Assembly: GCA_025201805.1 (NCBI GenBank)
Contig: MU619389.1
Coordinates: forward strand, 9,487-73,486
Reading direction: 5' to 3'
From: Parasitella parasitica NRRL 2501
Lineage: Eukaryota; Fungi; Mucoromycota
Length of the DNA: 64,000 bases
Part shown: positions 26,901 through 37,824 of the stretch, one piece after another
How the letters are laid out: every line of letters begins with the position of its first letter
Position numbering within the stretch: position 1 is the stretch's first letter
The notes under the pieces: model-generated
The model's database searches: none
Seen by the model: only the letters and a program-made list of their open reading frames with translations
What the model was told of the DNA's origin: nothing
Program-made: the position numbers and the translations under genes

Positions 26901-28182
26901 CAAATGAAGACCTGAAATCAGTCGACAGAATGTGTCTTGTCGCCACTAAAAGCTCTTTTCTTGTACCCGAAGACTCGGGAGGGCATTCTCGCAAAAGCCG
27001 CAATACAAAATCCGGGATTTGGTTTTGAAATGGTCGTAAAAATTGAGTATAGCTTCTTAAAATGTAGGCTAGAAATGACATTGTCTTGACTTGTGCAACA
27101 ATGAAATCGTTATACACTGATCTGTTCCTGATCTCTGAACTGACACCAACAAAAACCTCGCCACGAGCCTGCGCAGCGTTGGCAGCTTCTGCTTGAGGTT
27201 TAGCTTGCAGACTTAGCATCTACCATTGAATACCGGTTAATATATATATGTATATACATATATAAAAGGGGATCTCGTCGTACCTGAAAAATAAGAGGCA
27301 CAAATTTCATAATGTTTTCAGTGGCATAGCGTCGATGTGATTGAAACAGCAAAACAACGATAATCGGGCATTCTGTCAACACTTTGAAACTAAACATACT
27401 CTTTGGCAAGGGCTTTGATGGAGACTCTGGTAGCTCTGCGGCTGTTGGTGAGTTGGGCCGTGGTGAAGCTGCTAATAATGGGTTGGTTCCAGGCTATTGC
27501 ACACACACAGAAACTAATTAGTAACGTGCGCGGATAGAATACTAACAAAGCTACTTTACGGTTGCAGAGCCGATGGGTGTGTTGGGAGCGTCAAACACAT
27601 CCTTCACTGTCTGCTCCATATTTTTGAAAATCTCTTGCACAATGTCTAGAAATGGCTGAACCTGATCCTCGAGAATTTGCCTGAAGGTGCGGTGCAGATC
27701 AATGATGATTTTGACACAAACGACAGCATTGTCTTCGTTTTCGACCCGGAGCAGGTGCATCAGCATCTTACATAGATCAACGGCATATTCCTTTAATGCG
27801 TCTGTTTGCGGCAGTCGATAAATAATTTCCAAAATGATGTTGCGTAGTCTCTACAGAGATGATGAATATACTGCAGATGTGCAATGATGAGCTGTGTGCC
27901 TTACTTGTTCAGGAACATTGCTTTGAAACACTGGATTTCCGTTCTGCAAAATGTCTACGAATACCGGGATTAATGTAGCTAGAAATCTAGGGTATTCCAA
28001 GGTTTGGAAAACCTCTACTTGATCTCTCAATTCATTTGCAATGGTTACTTTTAGCCCAGGAGCTATCATGGATGGTTAATGACGACATCTCATTTGCATC
28101 CTGTCTTTTCTTTTTTTCCTTTTCTTTTCTTACCCAAGTTTGGATCGCCTAGTCTATGCGCGTAGACTTGTAAGGTCGTCAT
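15492..28182 (-). CDS. TRA1: Transcription-associated protein Tra1/TRRAP (PIKK pseudokinase; SAGA/NuA4 subunit)
   Basis: Multi-exon with one exon of about 8.7 kb. HEAT region ([31 protein letters not shown]), FAT ([30 protein letters not shown]), PI3K-like domain ([15 protein letters not shown]) and FATC ending MECTWMPWL. Stop at 15492-15494; ATG at 28182. Confidence 0.97.
24575..24683 (-). repeat. Hexanucleotide tandem repeat encoding (DV)n in TRA1
   Basis: [36 protein letters not shown] in the ORF. Confidence 0.85.
26320..26443 (-). repeat. Hexanucleotide tandem repeat encoding (AE)n in TRA1
   Basis: tctgcc/tctgct units; [10 protein letters not shown]... in the ORF. Confidence 0.9.
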
Positions 28183-29662
28183 GTGTGCAAATTAATGGCT
28201 GTTGGAATGGCAGTTTGGGATGCGGAAATCAAGAGAATGTGCCGTATATGAAAGAAATGTCGAATGTTGGAAGTGCATCCAAAAGGTTCAAATACCTGGA
28301 TATTTACTTATCACGTGGAGTGACCTGCTATTAAAGATGTCCTCTGCGCAAAACTGTGTTCACGTTCAATGGATATGTGAACAGCGCACTGAAATATGCA
28401 ATTGTTTTTTTTTTGTCAGACGTGCTTGATATTTATGGCCCATGTACTTGTTATTGGAGGGCTCAGGCATCTGCTAATTTGGCTCGTCATTGCTGGTGTT
28501 AGCAGCATTGGAGCCATATTCAGTGCTAAAACAATCAGAACGAGGTTTGTTGAACGGCAGAGCTTTAGCCGTGTTTTCAAATCAAAATTATTTGGCTCCT
28601 GTTGATCTTGATTATTATGCATGTTCAGACAATATGGGCCCTTGAACAAGTTGTCTAATATTGTGCACTTTCCAATTAGAGATTTCCGTACATATATTCC
28701 GAAATGAGCATAAACACTTTTGAGGGTACCTATTGACCCTCGTGATTCTGATCAGCATTAGAACCATGTGCGAACACCTGTTCCATACGAAAACTCCATT
28801 AGAGTATTTTTATTGCTTGTGTCAAGTCAAGCCAGCAACAACTGTTTTTCCAAAAGCTTTGAACTTTGGAGTCTACTCTTCTGACACTTTTTTCGAGTCA
28901 ATACCCGTAATCTTGTTTGTCACTATTTTGCCAATTGTTTTTGATATTGGACCATCGATACTTCGTACCCCCCCCCCCCTCCCTTTGGTAATTTTCAATT
29001 GATTTAGTCTGTAGTTGTTAAAGTGCCCTCTGCCTCAACTGCTCTTTTTCAAAAGTACTATTATGCCATGGGTCCATTATTCTGATAACACCATTCAAAC
29101 GCTATGGTTTATTGTACAATCTACTGGTGTATCTTAATGAGCTAGCAAGTCTCTTTCTGTTCCTTGTGTCCAAAAATAGCAGCAGTGGCATATCGAATCA
29201 ACAATTCTTGGCTCGAATACATTTTGATTCCATTTTGAACACTGCCAGTCATTTTCAAACATGTTTCTCAAGGCCCCCCCCCCATATACTCAAGCACCTT
29301 TCTTTAGGAAGTACCAGGATACTTCAATCACATCTATGGTTCTAAACAATGGTGATATGTCTCTAAGATAACACAAAATAAGCGTTTTAATAATGAGACC
29401 TGATTCATTATTTGTAACTGTTGGCTCTTTCTCTTCACTATATGTAAATCTGCTTCATTATGAGGCCTCTATTGTTCTGTATTCTGATTCAGTCTATTCG
29501 TGGTCCCATTACAATGCATAACGTACATTTGAAGTTGAATGGCACAGCATACTGTTAAAAACCAAGCCCCACAGTAGAGACTTGATCTCATGAGTATAGA
29601 CGAAATGGATATAAAAAGAAGGTGTCGTCTGGAGCTGATTAGGTATTTATCTATTACAACAA

Positions 29663-30807
29663 ATGTCTACAGAAAAAAATCAAACTAAGCTTCAAGCAGC
29701 CAAACGCATTATTTTTCTTGGTAAAAAAAAGATGCATTGAATAACACTGTCATATTACTGCTTGCTAATATCCTTTTGCTCTAAAGATATCGGGCAACTA
29801 CAAGGACAAGTTTACTGTTGGGACAAGAAATTCACTTATACGGGAATGCCTATCATGATAACGTAAATATTTAATTTCCTCGCGCAAGTATACCAGACCA
29901 GTTGTTGACCCTCTCTTCTTTTCTTTAGGAACAACGCCGTAATTGCATGGGAGAAAACACCAGGCGGGCCGGTATTTTCCAAAGGATTGATACGCCCTCC
30001 TCCAGCAACTTCTGGAAAGTTTATGACAGGCTACGAAATGCTCAACTCTCCTGGAACGGTTGATGCCGGAGCACGCCCAAAGAAGGATTTCATTGCAGCT
30101 GTCCTGAAATACTTTTACGATAAAGCGGCTAAACAGTGGACCAAGACATACGATAAAAACGAGGTTGTTATTGTGATCCCTGTGCCTCATTTTTACAAAG
30201 TTGACGACAAGAAAGCGATGACAGATGCCGCAAGCCTTGCTGGGTTGTGCGAGCATGGCACTGTGCTCCTTGAAGACTCGCTTTATCTTTTGGCTCAATC
30301 TGCTCAACTAGCCGGCTGTAAAGGGATGGGCTTCATACGATGGATCAATCTAAATGCGCCAAAGTTTGAAATCATCGACACTTCGTCTGAGGGTAAAGTG
30401 GTTGGAAATCCTTATCAACATTTGAAAGGTCTGCCCGATATGATTAAGGAAATTGAGGGCCGTATTCAAGCTGACCGGAATGACACTAATTTGAACGAAT
30501 TTGACCGTGCATGGAAATTAAAGGAAAAAGTGCAAAACATGTTTATGGTATGTTCTATTCTTTTGCTAGCTGTATATGCGAGATTCGCTAAACCATCTAT
30601 CTCTAGCTTGGAGAGGACTGCATAGAAGAGCTTCAAAGCACCACTATTGCCGTAATGGAATATGGGATGGGTAACAAAACAAAGGGAACTTTGCGTGTCT
30701 ATGGCTCTTTTGAACACAACTATGGCGCTCGAAACTATACCGTGGAAAATTTATCCTTGGCCGAGATCTTTTTTCGACATCTAAAATTAAAATTCAATTG
30801 GATTTAA
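29663..30807 (+). CDS. Highly divergent Hsp70/actin-like ATPase-fold protein (317 aa, NBD-like only)
   Basis: Exons 29663-29720, 29787-29862, 29929-30547 and 30607-30807 splice in frame via GT-AG introns. RIIFLDIGQ resembles IGIDLGT; FIAAVLKYFYDKA resembles ISAMVL..MKE.A; VIVIPVPHFY..DDKKAMTDAASLAGL...LLED resembles AVITVPAYF...QR.AT.DAG.IAGL...IINE. Confidence 0.7.
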
Positions 30808-32590
30808 TTGCTAATAGCTCTATAATAAAAGCGTTTTATTTCAACACAAAAATGAAGAAGCCGCCTTAACTGTGGTATCCATTGATATCAGAGAATTTCT
30901 AACCTTTATGTTTCGCTTCCTAATTTAAAACAAGTGCACGCTAGCTAAGCACTCAAATGCAATGGTTGCCACATATAGATTGGATGGCATCTTTTAGTAT
31001 GAAAATTGCTTTCAAGGCCATTCTCCACAGCATCTTGGCTATTGATTAAATACAGAAATACTTGCAAGCACTTGTGTTTCGTGATTGTAAAGTATAATAA
31101 ATGACCTATATATCAAATATCTCCAGAGCCTTTCTATGTATTCTTTAGATATCTGTTGTTTAGATTTTTGTGCCAAGAGCTTGCCATCAAGAAATGAATT
31201 TTGCATCCAACCATATGAATATGAAGGCTATTTACCTACGTTTTAGCACCAATCTACTCATGTCACAACAATAACTACACATCGATATTTTGATGATAAT
31301 GGTAACTGTAACATTTCTGCTCAAAAATACTCTAATCTTGGAAATAGCAGCAAATAAACTTCAAGACAAAGGTCGCGCAATTGTCGAGACATTCCATCGC
31401 AAAAGCAAGTATTTAATCGGGGTCGACGCATTATGCCAAAGGATAGTCTACCAACAACCATTATCCATGCAGATCAAGTTAATAAATACGACTTTAGAGT
31501 ATATATAAATATTCGAATTTGTATGATGCTATAATAAGCCTACTAATACTTTCATTGACTATATAGTCTAAAAAGATATACCCTCAAGGGTTGTTTTTTT
31601 TTATTAAAAGTACCAACGAGACAAACGGATACTTATCTCTTTATAAGTATACACAGTATGGTTTTGATTGCCTGTCAATAGTTTAACCTAGCTCTGCAAT
31701 CTAGCATTTTTTTAATCTGCTTTCAAAGGACAAAACTTATGATGGCATTTTTTAACACTAAAAGCTGTCTCTTTGTATGGCAAAATGCGATATACATTAT
31801 TATGTATGCTAAACGACCTTAAGAGAAGGTTTAAGCAAACAAAAACTCTGTATATTTGGAGTGCAATCTAACCTATCTTCAAGTGTGATGTAACACCTCT
31901 TGATTGAACAAGGAGGCAGAGCAATAAACCTGCATTAGAGTCAATCAAGTTCATATGATACCATCTCTAATTGGTGCATATGAAAGCTTTAGGATAGTTA
32001 TTTCGGTTAACAAGTGTTAGATGCGATTCTGCTTCTAAACTTGACCTTAAATAGATGTGTTTATAGGCTTGTCCCGGGAATTTGAACATTGCATTTGCTT
32101 GGTAAGCTCGAATCACCTTGACGTGTGATGGGGAAGCCCAGCTACAAGGAAACAAACTCAGAATCGAGATGGATACACAGAAATGGGTGATGGTGGCATC
32201 GAAATTTAGGATTTTGTAGCACGCTTCTTGATCTAAATTAAGCGAAGATCCAGCAAGTAATTGTGCTTTTACAATAGTCTTCAATTATTTGTTACTAAAA
32301 TTTAATAAATGTACAGTATTTGAATAATAAGGTCTATTGTGCCGAATTTTAGGAAAAAAAAAAAAAAAAAGTACAGATTAATGATACACACAATAGGAAA
32401 AGGGGAGAAAGAGAGAGTTTAAGGTTTAATTGAGCCAGAGAAAAATTTCTTTTCTCTCTTTTGCTATTTTTTTTTTTTTTTTTTTTGTTCTTCTTTTCTC
32501 ATACCCTCTTGTCTTGTCTCTCATTCATATATTTCATTATACGTATATACCAGTTAAGCAAATCCATTGCAAATTCCTCGACTAGATAAC

Positions 32591-34414
32591 ATGGCAATGG
32601 TAATGGCTGATAATCAACGCGAGCAGCAAGTTGAAGTCCCTTTTTTACAAATTAAAAATCAGGGACAAATGAATGAACCTGTAGTAGAAGATGTTGTAAT
32701 TTTACTAGAGGATGAAGAGGACTTCCACCTTGACTCTAAAAACCATGCAAATAGTCAAGTGGCGTATTATTTACAAGATCAAGTCGAGGAAGAGGAGGGT
32801 GAGGGTGAGGGTGAGGATGAGGGTGAGGATGAGGATGTGGACAAGAAGGATGAAGAGAATCGATTTAATTTACCGCACACTGCAGAGCTTCTACATGAAG
32901 AAGAAATTAGTGGGAACGAAGTATTCTACCTAGCCAACCGAACATTCTATACGACATGCCACAAGATCTCGCGTCAGAATAGCCCATCCTATAGGAAGAG
33001 ACCGCCTTATACGTTCCTTGAAAACTGGCTCATTCACAGTGTTTTCAGTAAATCACAGCAGATTCTTTTACGCTTTCCAGTGATCCATCCCAAAGTGATG
33101 ATGACTGAAGGAGATTTTATTTATACCCCACATCAAATGGCTACAGAAAGCAACGGCGAATCTGATAACCAGCAGCAATACTACCGCCATGATGAAAGCC
33201 AAGGGCAGCCGACAGATTATGAATACGGTGACGAGGAAGAATACGACTATTATGACGATCCATTCATTATCGGAGATGAAGGCGTCATGGTCATGAGTGC
33301 CTCAGCGCCTGACGCTTCACAATTTATGGCTGAGAATGATGATGAGCAAGATGAGCTGCGTGCCTCGTCCTTGGTCATGGATGAAAATATGTGGATGGGC
33401 CATAGTAGATATAACTCAAACGGGCTGACTCTTCATGTTGTTAATCCGGACGACAAGCCTGAGGATGATGATGATCCAATGTATCGTAATGTAGTTGGTT
33501 CCAGCAATCCTTACAAATCCATTGTTCATAACAACAGCCCTTATCATGGTCAGCTTCAAATGGTGCAAGAAGAAGATGAAGAGGAATACGAGGAAGAGGA
33601 AGAGGAAGAGGAATTGATAGAAGAGGACAAGCATGAGCCTCGTAATCGATACAATGATTTACACGATTGCCAATCTACAGACGACTCATTCAGTACGCAC
33701 ACACACAGCATGAACCTCTCCATGTCACCAGAAGTGCTCAATTGGTATCGCTCAGCAGATTTAAGACCTGTTGCATTAAGCGCGCCTATACTCGTAGACG
33801 ATAGTAATGCATTACTAACGCCATTGATCACATGCGATAATGAACAACAACAACCACAGCCACAACCGCGACAACATAATCGTCACCACCGTCAAGATCA
33901 GCAGCAGCACACTCACTATGGATGTAGCAGCAGTAGTAGCAGTACCAGCAGCGAAAATAGCTCTTGCAGCATCATCAGCAGCAGTAGTCAGCGCACAGCA
34001 CATTCCGACGACAAATCTACTACCCAACATTCAACAAGCTCATACCAATCTCTCGCCGACATTCTGATGGAGGAAGAAGAAGACAGTACTTTTCGGATCA
34101 GTCAGCACAGTTCGTATGGTACTTTGCTACCAATTCATGGTCAAAGTCGATCCTTGACGGCCACCAATTTTACTGACGGCAATCAACATCCTTCAAACAC
34201 AACTTCACCTTTAATGCAGGTGTCGGTCTGTTTTGTCGATGCAGCCTGGGTAGCTCTGGACCTAGCACAAACATACGCGGAAGAAGCACCAAGCAACAAG
34301 GGGATCACTGGATTTATTACCTGCATGTTTAAAATATGGAAAGTTTTGTTCTTGGGCGCAGAAACGATGCTGAGCTGGGGAAATCACCCTCCAAGTCCAC
34401 AAACAGTTGTTTAA
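32591..34414 (+). CDS. Hypothetical acidic low-complexity protein
   Basis: Open frame of about 608 codons from the ATG at 32591. E/D/S/Q-rich with a short hydrophobic/amphipathic C-terminus. No family recognised. Confidence 0.7.
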   Translation: MAMVMADNQREQQVEVPFLQIKNQGQMNEPVVEDVVILLEDEEDFHLDSKNHANSQVAYYLQDQVEEEEGEGEGEDEGEDEDVDKKDEENRFNLPHTAELLHEEEISGNEVFYLANRTFYTTCHKISRQNSPSYRKRPPYTFLENWLIHSVFSKSQQILLRFPVIHPKVMMTEGDFIYTPHQMATESNGESDNQQQYYRHDESQGQPTDYEYGDEEEYDYYDDPFIIGDEGVMVMSASAPDASQFMAENDDEQDELRASSLVMDENMWMGHSRYNSNGLTLHVVNPDDKPEDDDDPMYRNVVGSSNPYKSIVHNNSPYHGQLQMVQEEDEEEYEEEEEEEELIEEDKHEPRNRYNDLHDCQSTDDSFSTHTHSMNLSMSPEVLNWYRSADLRPVALSAPILVDDSNALLTPLITCDNEQQQPQPQPRQHNRHHRQDQQQHTHYGCSSSSSSTSSENSSCSIISSSSQRTAHSDDKSTTQHSTSSYQSLADILMEEEEDSTFRISQHSSYGTLLPIHGQSRSLTATNFTDGNQHPSNTTSPLMQVSVCFVDAAWVALDLAQTYAEEAPSNKGITGFITCMFKIWKVLFLGAETMLSWGNHPPSPQTVV

Positions 34415-34916
34415 AATTATAGATGATTATACAATACTCACTTGTATATTAATTCATTCCTATTACCTATTCCATCTTCAAACCTACGTTTTACATATCT
34501 GATATATACCATATATATATATATATATTATAACCCCACATTATGAATAATATGCAAATAAAGATAAAGAAAAAAGCTATGCTGCTCCATACATACATAT
34601 GCTGTAAAACTCAACTTTCCATCGACAGGCCTATTTGCATAACGCAGAAACAGTGTGCTTGGACTCCAGTGAGTCAAGCTTTAGTGCATTTATTTCTTTC
34701 AGCAATTAGAAGGCATGCATCGGAACGATCTTGTATAACATCAGGTACGACATGCCATAATGGAAAAAAATCATGCCACAATTTTTGCTATTCAACAAAG
34801 ATCACTTTTAAACCTCAAAACTCCATGATTACACACAAGCTGTTTTAATATAAATGCAAAAGAAACTAAAGTCAGTGCCTGATCCCTCTTCTTTCTTCTA
34901 ACTAATCACTAAAGTA

Positions 34917-36965
34917 ATGATGGTTACCCCTAGCGTCTCTACTCCCGCTCCCGCGCCCGCGCCCGCCTCCAAGATAGACTTCCTTGTTGTTGGTGGGGGC
35001 CCTGTAGGCCTGTTGGCAGCAAATCTCATCGTTCAGGCTGGTTTCAGCGTTCGTATTGTTGGTAGGTTTAAAAAGGGAAAAATGCAACCGCTGCGTCACT
35101 CATGCTCAAATAGACATTGAATATGAACCTAATCATTGGGGCCGTGGCGATTGGATTCATGGACGTACTCTTGAGCTGCTGGAAAGGGCCGGTCTCGAAG
35201 ATGAGCTTTTAAAGACAGGCGTCAAAGTTGAGAAAATGTCATCTTATATGAATGGCGAACTGCAGAAAGAGATCCCTTTTGTGCCTGAAGAAACGGAATC
35301 CAAACACAAGTGAGTAGTCAAACCGATTTGTATATTTGGTGTAGATTAAATGCTAAAATAATGCTTCTCAATAGGTATTTGCTTTGTGTTGGGCAACACA
35401 TTACAGAGTCAAGTCTTCAAAGTCAATTGTCAAATCATGATGTTCAGGTGGAGCGTCCTTCTACTGTAGTCAATATGAACCGTGACGACAACAGAGACGG
35501 TGAGTATCCCATTACTGCTACAATCATGCACTTGCAAGAGGGAAACGGCACCGAGGATGTTCAATGCAAGTACGTATTAGGCTGTGATGGCTCTCACAGT
35601 GATATCCGTCAGCAACTCGGCATTGTGAATGAGGGAGAAACCAGCGAAACACATGCTGGAGTACTCGATGCTTTGATCAGGACTAATTTTGCAAGCAGAA
35701 AAGAAGTTTGGTAAATATATACACGCATTGACGACTTGATTTGCAATATACAATGCTAACATGTTCCCAACTAGTATTGTTCAGAGCGACCACGCCAAAA
35801 CTATCAGCATGTTTCCTAGAGAAAACGGCCTCACGCGTTTGTTTGTTCATTTCAATGAGAATGAGCACGAGCAAAGAAAAGAACAGCATAACAGAAACAA
35901 GATTCAGCTGGAAGATATTCAGAGAGAGGCGAAAAGAGCCCTTTTGCCTCATCGTATTGAATTTCTAGGTATTTTGTACTGGTCAGTCTATGTGGTAGGG
36001 CAGCGCTATGCTTCCAGACTCGACTCTGAAGACCAAAGAGTCTTTCTCTGTGGTGATGCTGCTCATTCCCAAAGTCCAACTCTAGGTCAAGGCGTAAATA
36101 CTGGCTTTGGTGATGTCTTTAATTTGGTAAATACTCCAACATACCTGCACAGCTGTTTTCTGTTATCTTTTATTCACCATATCCATTTCCAACGTAGATC
36201 TGGAAAATTGTCATGGTAGAAAGGGGCCAACTTGACCGTAAATATCTCGCTACGTACCATTCAGAAAGATGGCCTGTTGCTCAAAATGTATTGAAAATTG
36301 ACAAGATAGCAGCCAAAGCAGCTGCTGGGCACCAATCCTCGGATTACTGTCAAGTTGTGGAGAACCATCGACTCTTCACAGCGGGTTATGGCATAAGCTA
36401 TGAAATCAATAGCAGCGATGATGTGTCACTGATGCGGGATTATGGGCAAGATGAAGCAATCGAATTCAACCTGGATTACTGCATGAAGCCTGGTATGCGT
36501 GCTCCTGACTTCAAGGTGTTTGGCTACAATTCTGGCAAGAAGACTCGTCTATTTGATGTCATTCCTAGCAGTGAGCAAGTGCCTAGATGGCTGTCATACA
36601 CGCTTCTTGTGCTGGCTAATGATCTTCGGTCCACTCATGATGTCACGTCCAAATTCTTGAATGAAACCGGTAAAGCTGCAACCTTACTACCACCTACCAA
36701 TATAATAGTCATCACGACAAGCACGGCAGATCAAGTTTCGGCCTACAGAAAACTGCTAGATACCGACAGGGTTGTTATTGATAAGCTAAACCAAGCGCAG
36801 TGTCATAGAGCTTATCACTGCAAAGCTAGTGGGCATTCGAACGATGAAGAAAAGATGCAAATCGTACTTGTAAGGCCAGATGGATACATTGGTACTATTA
36901 TCAGAAGCGATGATGCTATCTTGCTGAGCAATAGAGTCTGCCAATACTTTTCAAACATTGTCTAG
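34917..36965 (+). CDS. FAD-dependent monooxygenase (phenol 2-monooxygenase/FAD_binding_3 type)
   Basis: Multi-exon. VVGGGPVGL, GRGDWIHGRTLE, VLGCDGSHS.IR, RVFLCGDAAH.QSP.LGQGVNTG.GD..NL, and C-terminal LVRPDGYIG. Confidence 0.92.
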
Positions 36966-37210
36966 TCGGCCTATTGTTATTTTGATGATATCCTTGCAAA
37001 TAAATCCATTATGGCACGAAACAACTCAAAAAAACTACATGTTAGATGTTACACGTGAATGATATTCGCAAGCGTCCCAAAGTACATGAGATGATAAAAC
37101 CATTTTATTTAAATATTTAGAGTATGTACAACAAGTAGACGTCAAGGCGTTATTTCTAAACCCATTTCATGTTCAAGGAGTTATGGATTGCATTGATAGG
37201 AAAGCAAGAT

Positions 37211-37459
37211 TTACCATTCTTTACGAGTATATTTACCATCATATTTTTGATTGAAAGCAGCCAACTTGACTTGTTCGCCTTCCTTGACATGCTGCCACGG
37301 CTCAGCATTAGTTTTGTGATTCCAGACGACATCGGGAGCATGAGCTTGATGCGTGCTCATATAAACAGCGCCAGTAAGAGCACCACCGAGAATGACAAAA
37401 AGAGGGTAGATTTCTGGCTGTGATGCAGAGCGCTTGAGGAATTGAGATAATTGACCCAT
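37211..37459 (-). CDS. NDUFA4/MLRQ-like mitochondrial respiratory chain subunit
   Basis: 82 aa with PEIYPLF, one TM helix, PDVVW and EPW motifs. Confidence 0.85.
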   Translation of the reverse strand: MGQLSQFLKRSASQPEIYPLFVILGGALTGAVYMSTHQAHAPDVVWNHKTNAEPWQHVKEGEQVKLAAFNQKYDGKYTRKEW

Positions 37460-37781
37460 ATTGAAGTGTTTGAAGAGATGAAAAGATAAAAAGTCGTTAA
37501 AGAAAAATTCTCTGCTTTTTTTTATTTAATGCAAATCGAAAAATCGAAGAATAAAATCATACGATTTAGAATTTATGGGAGAATCCATGGTATGCTTTTG
37601 GGCCATTGGCTCCATCTGTAGCTATATATGACATTAATGTCTCACTTTTAGTGACCATAATTATATCATGAACAATGGCATGGGGTCAAAACCCAGCGAA
37701 AAGTAAACAATAGCAAACGTTTTCATGCAAAAGAGGCATGCTGGTTTCGGTTTCAAAAATACCAACTTCAATTGCAACATA

Positions 37782-37824
37782 TACAGTGCTTTGCGATTAG
37801 CAATTTTAATCGCAAAGCACTGTA
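37782..37824. mobile_element. Minimal Tc1/mariner-type TIR element (TA-CAGT...ACTG-TA)
   Basis: Perfect 18-bp inverted repeat tacagtgctttgcgatta / taatcgcaaagcactgta with a 7-bp spacer, TA at both ends and CAGT termini. Confidence 0.6.

Noticed and set aside
18101-27028. Many short ORFs overlapping TRA1
   Set aside because: Antisense or alternate-frame shadows with no family motifs.
29798-30307. 169-aa minus-strand ORF
   Set aside because: Antisense to the spliced Hsp70-like gene and crosses its intron.
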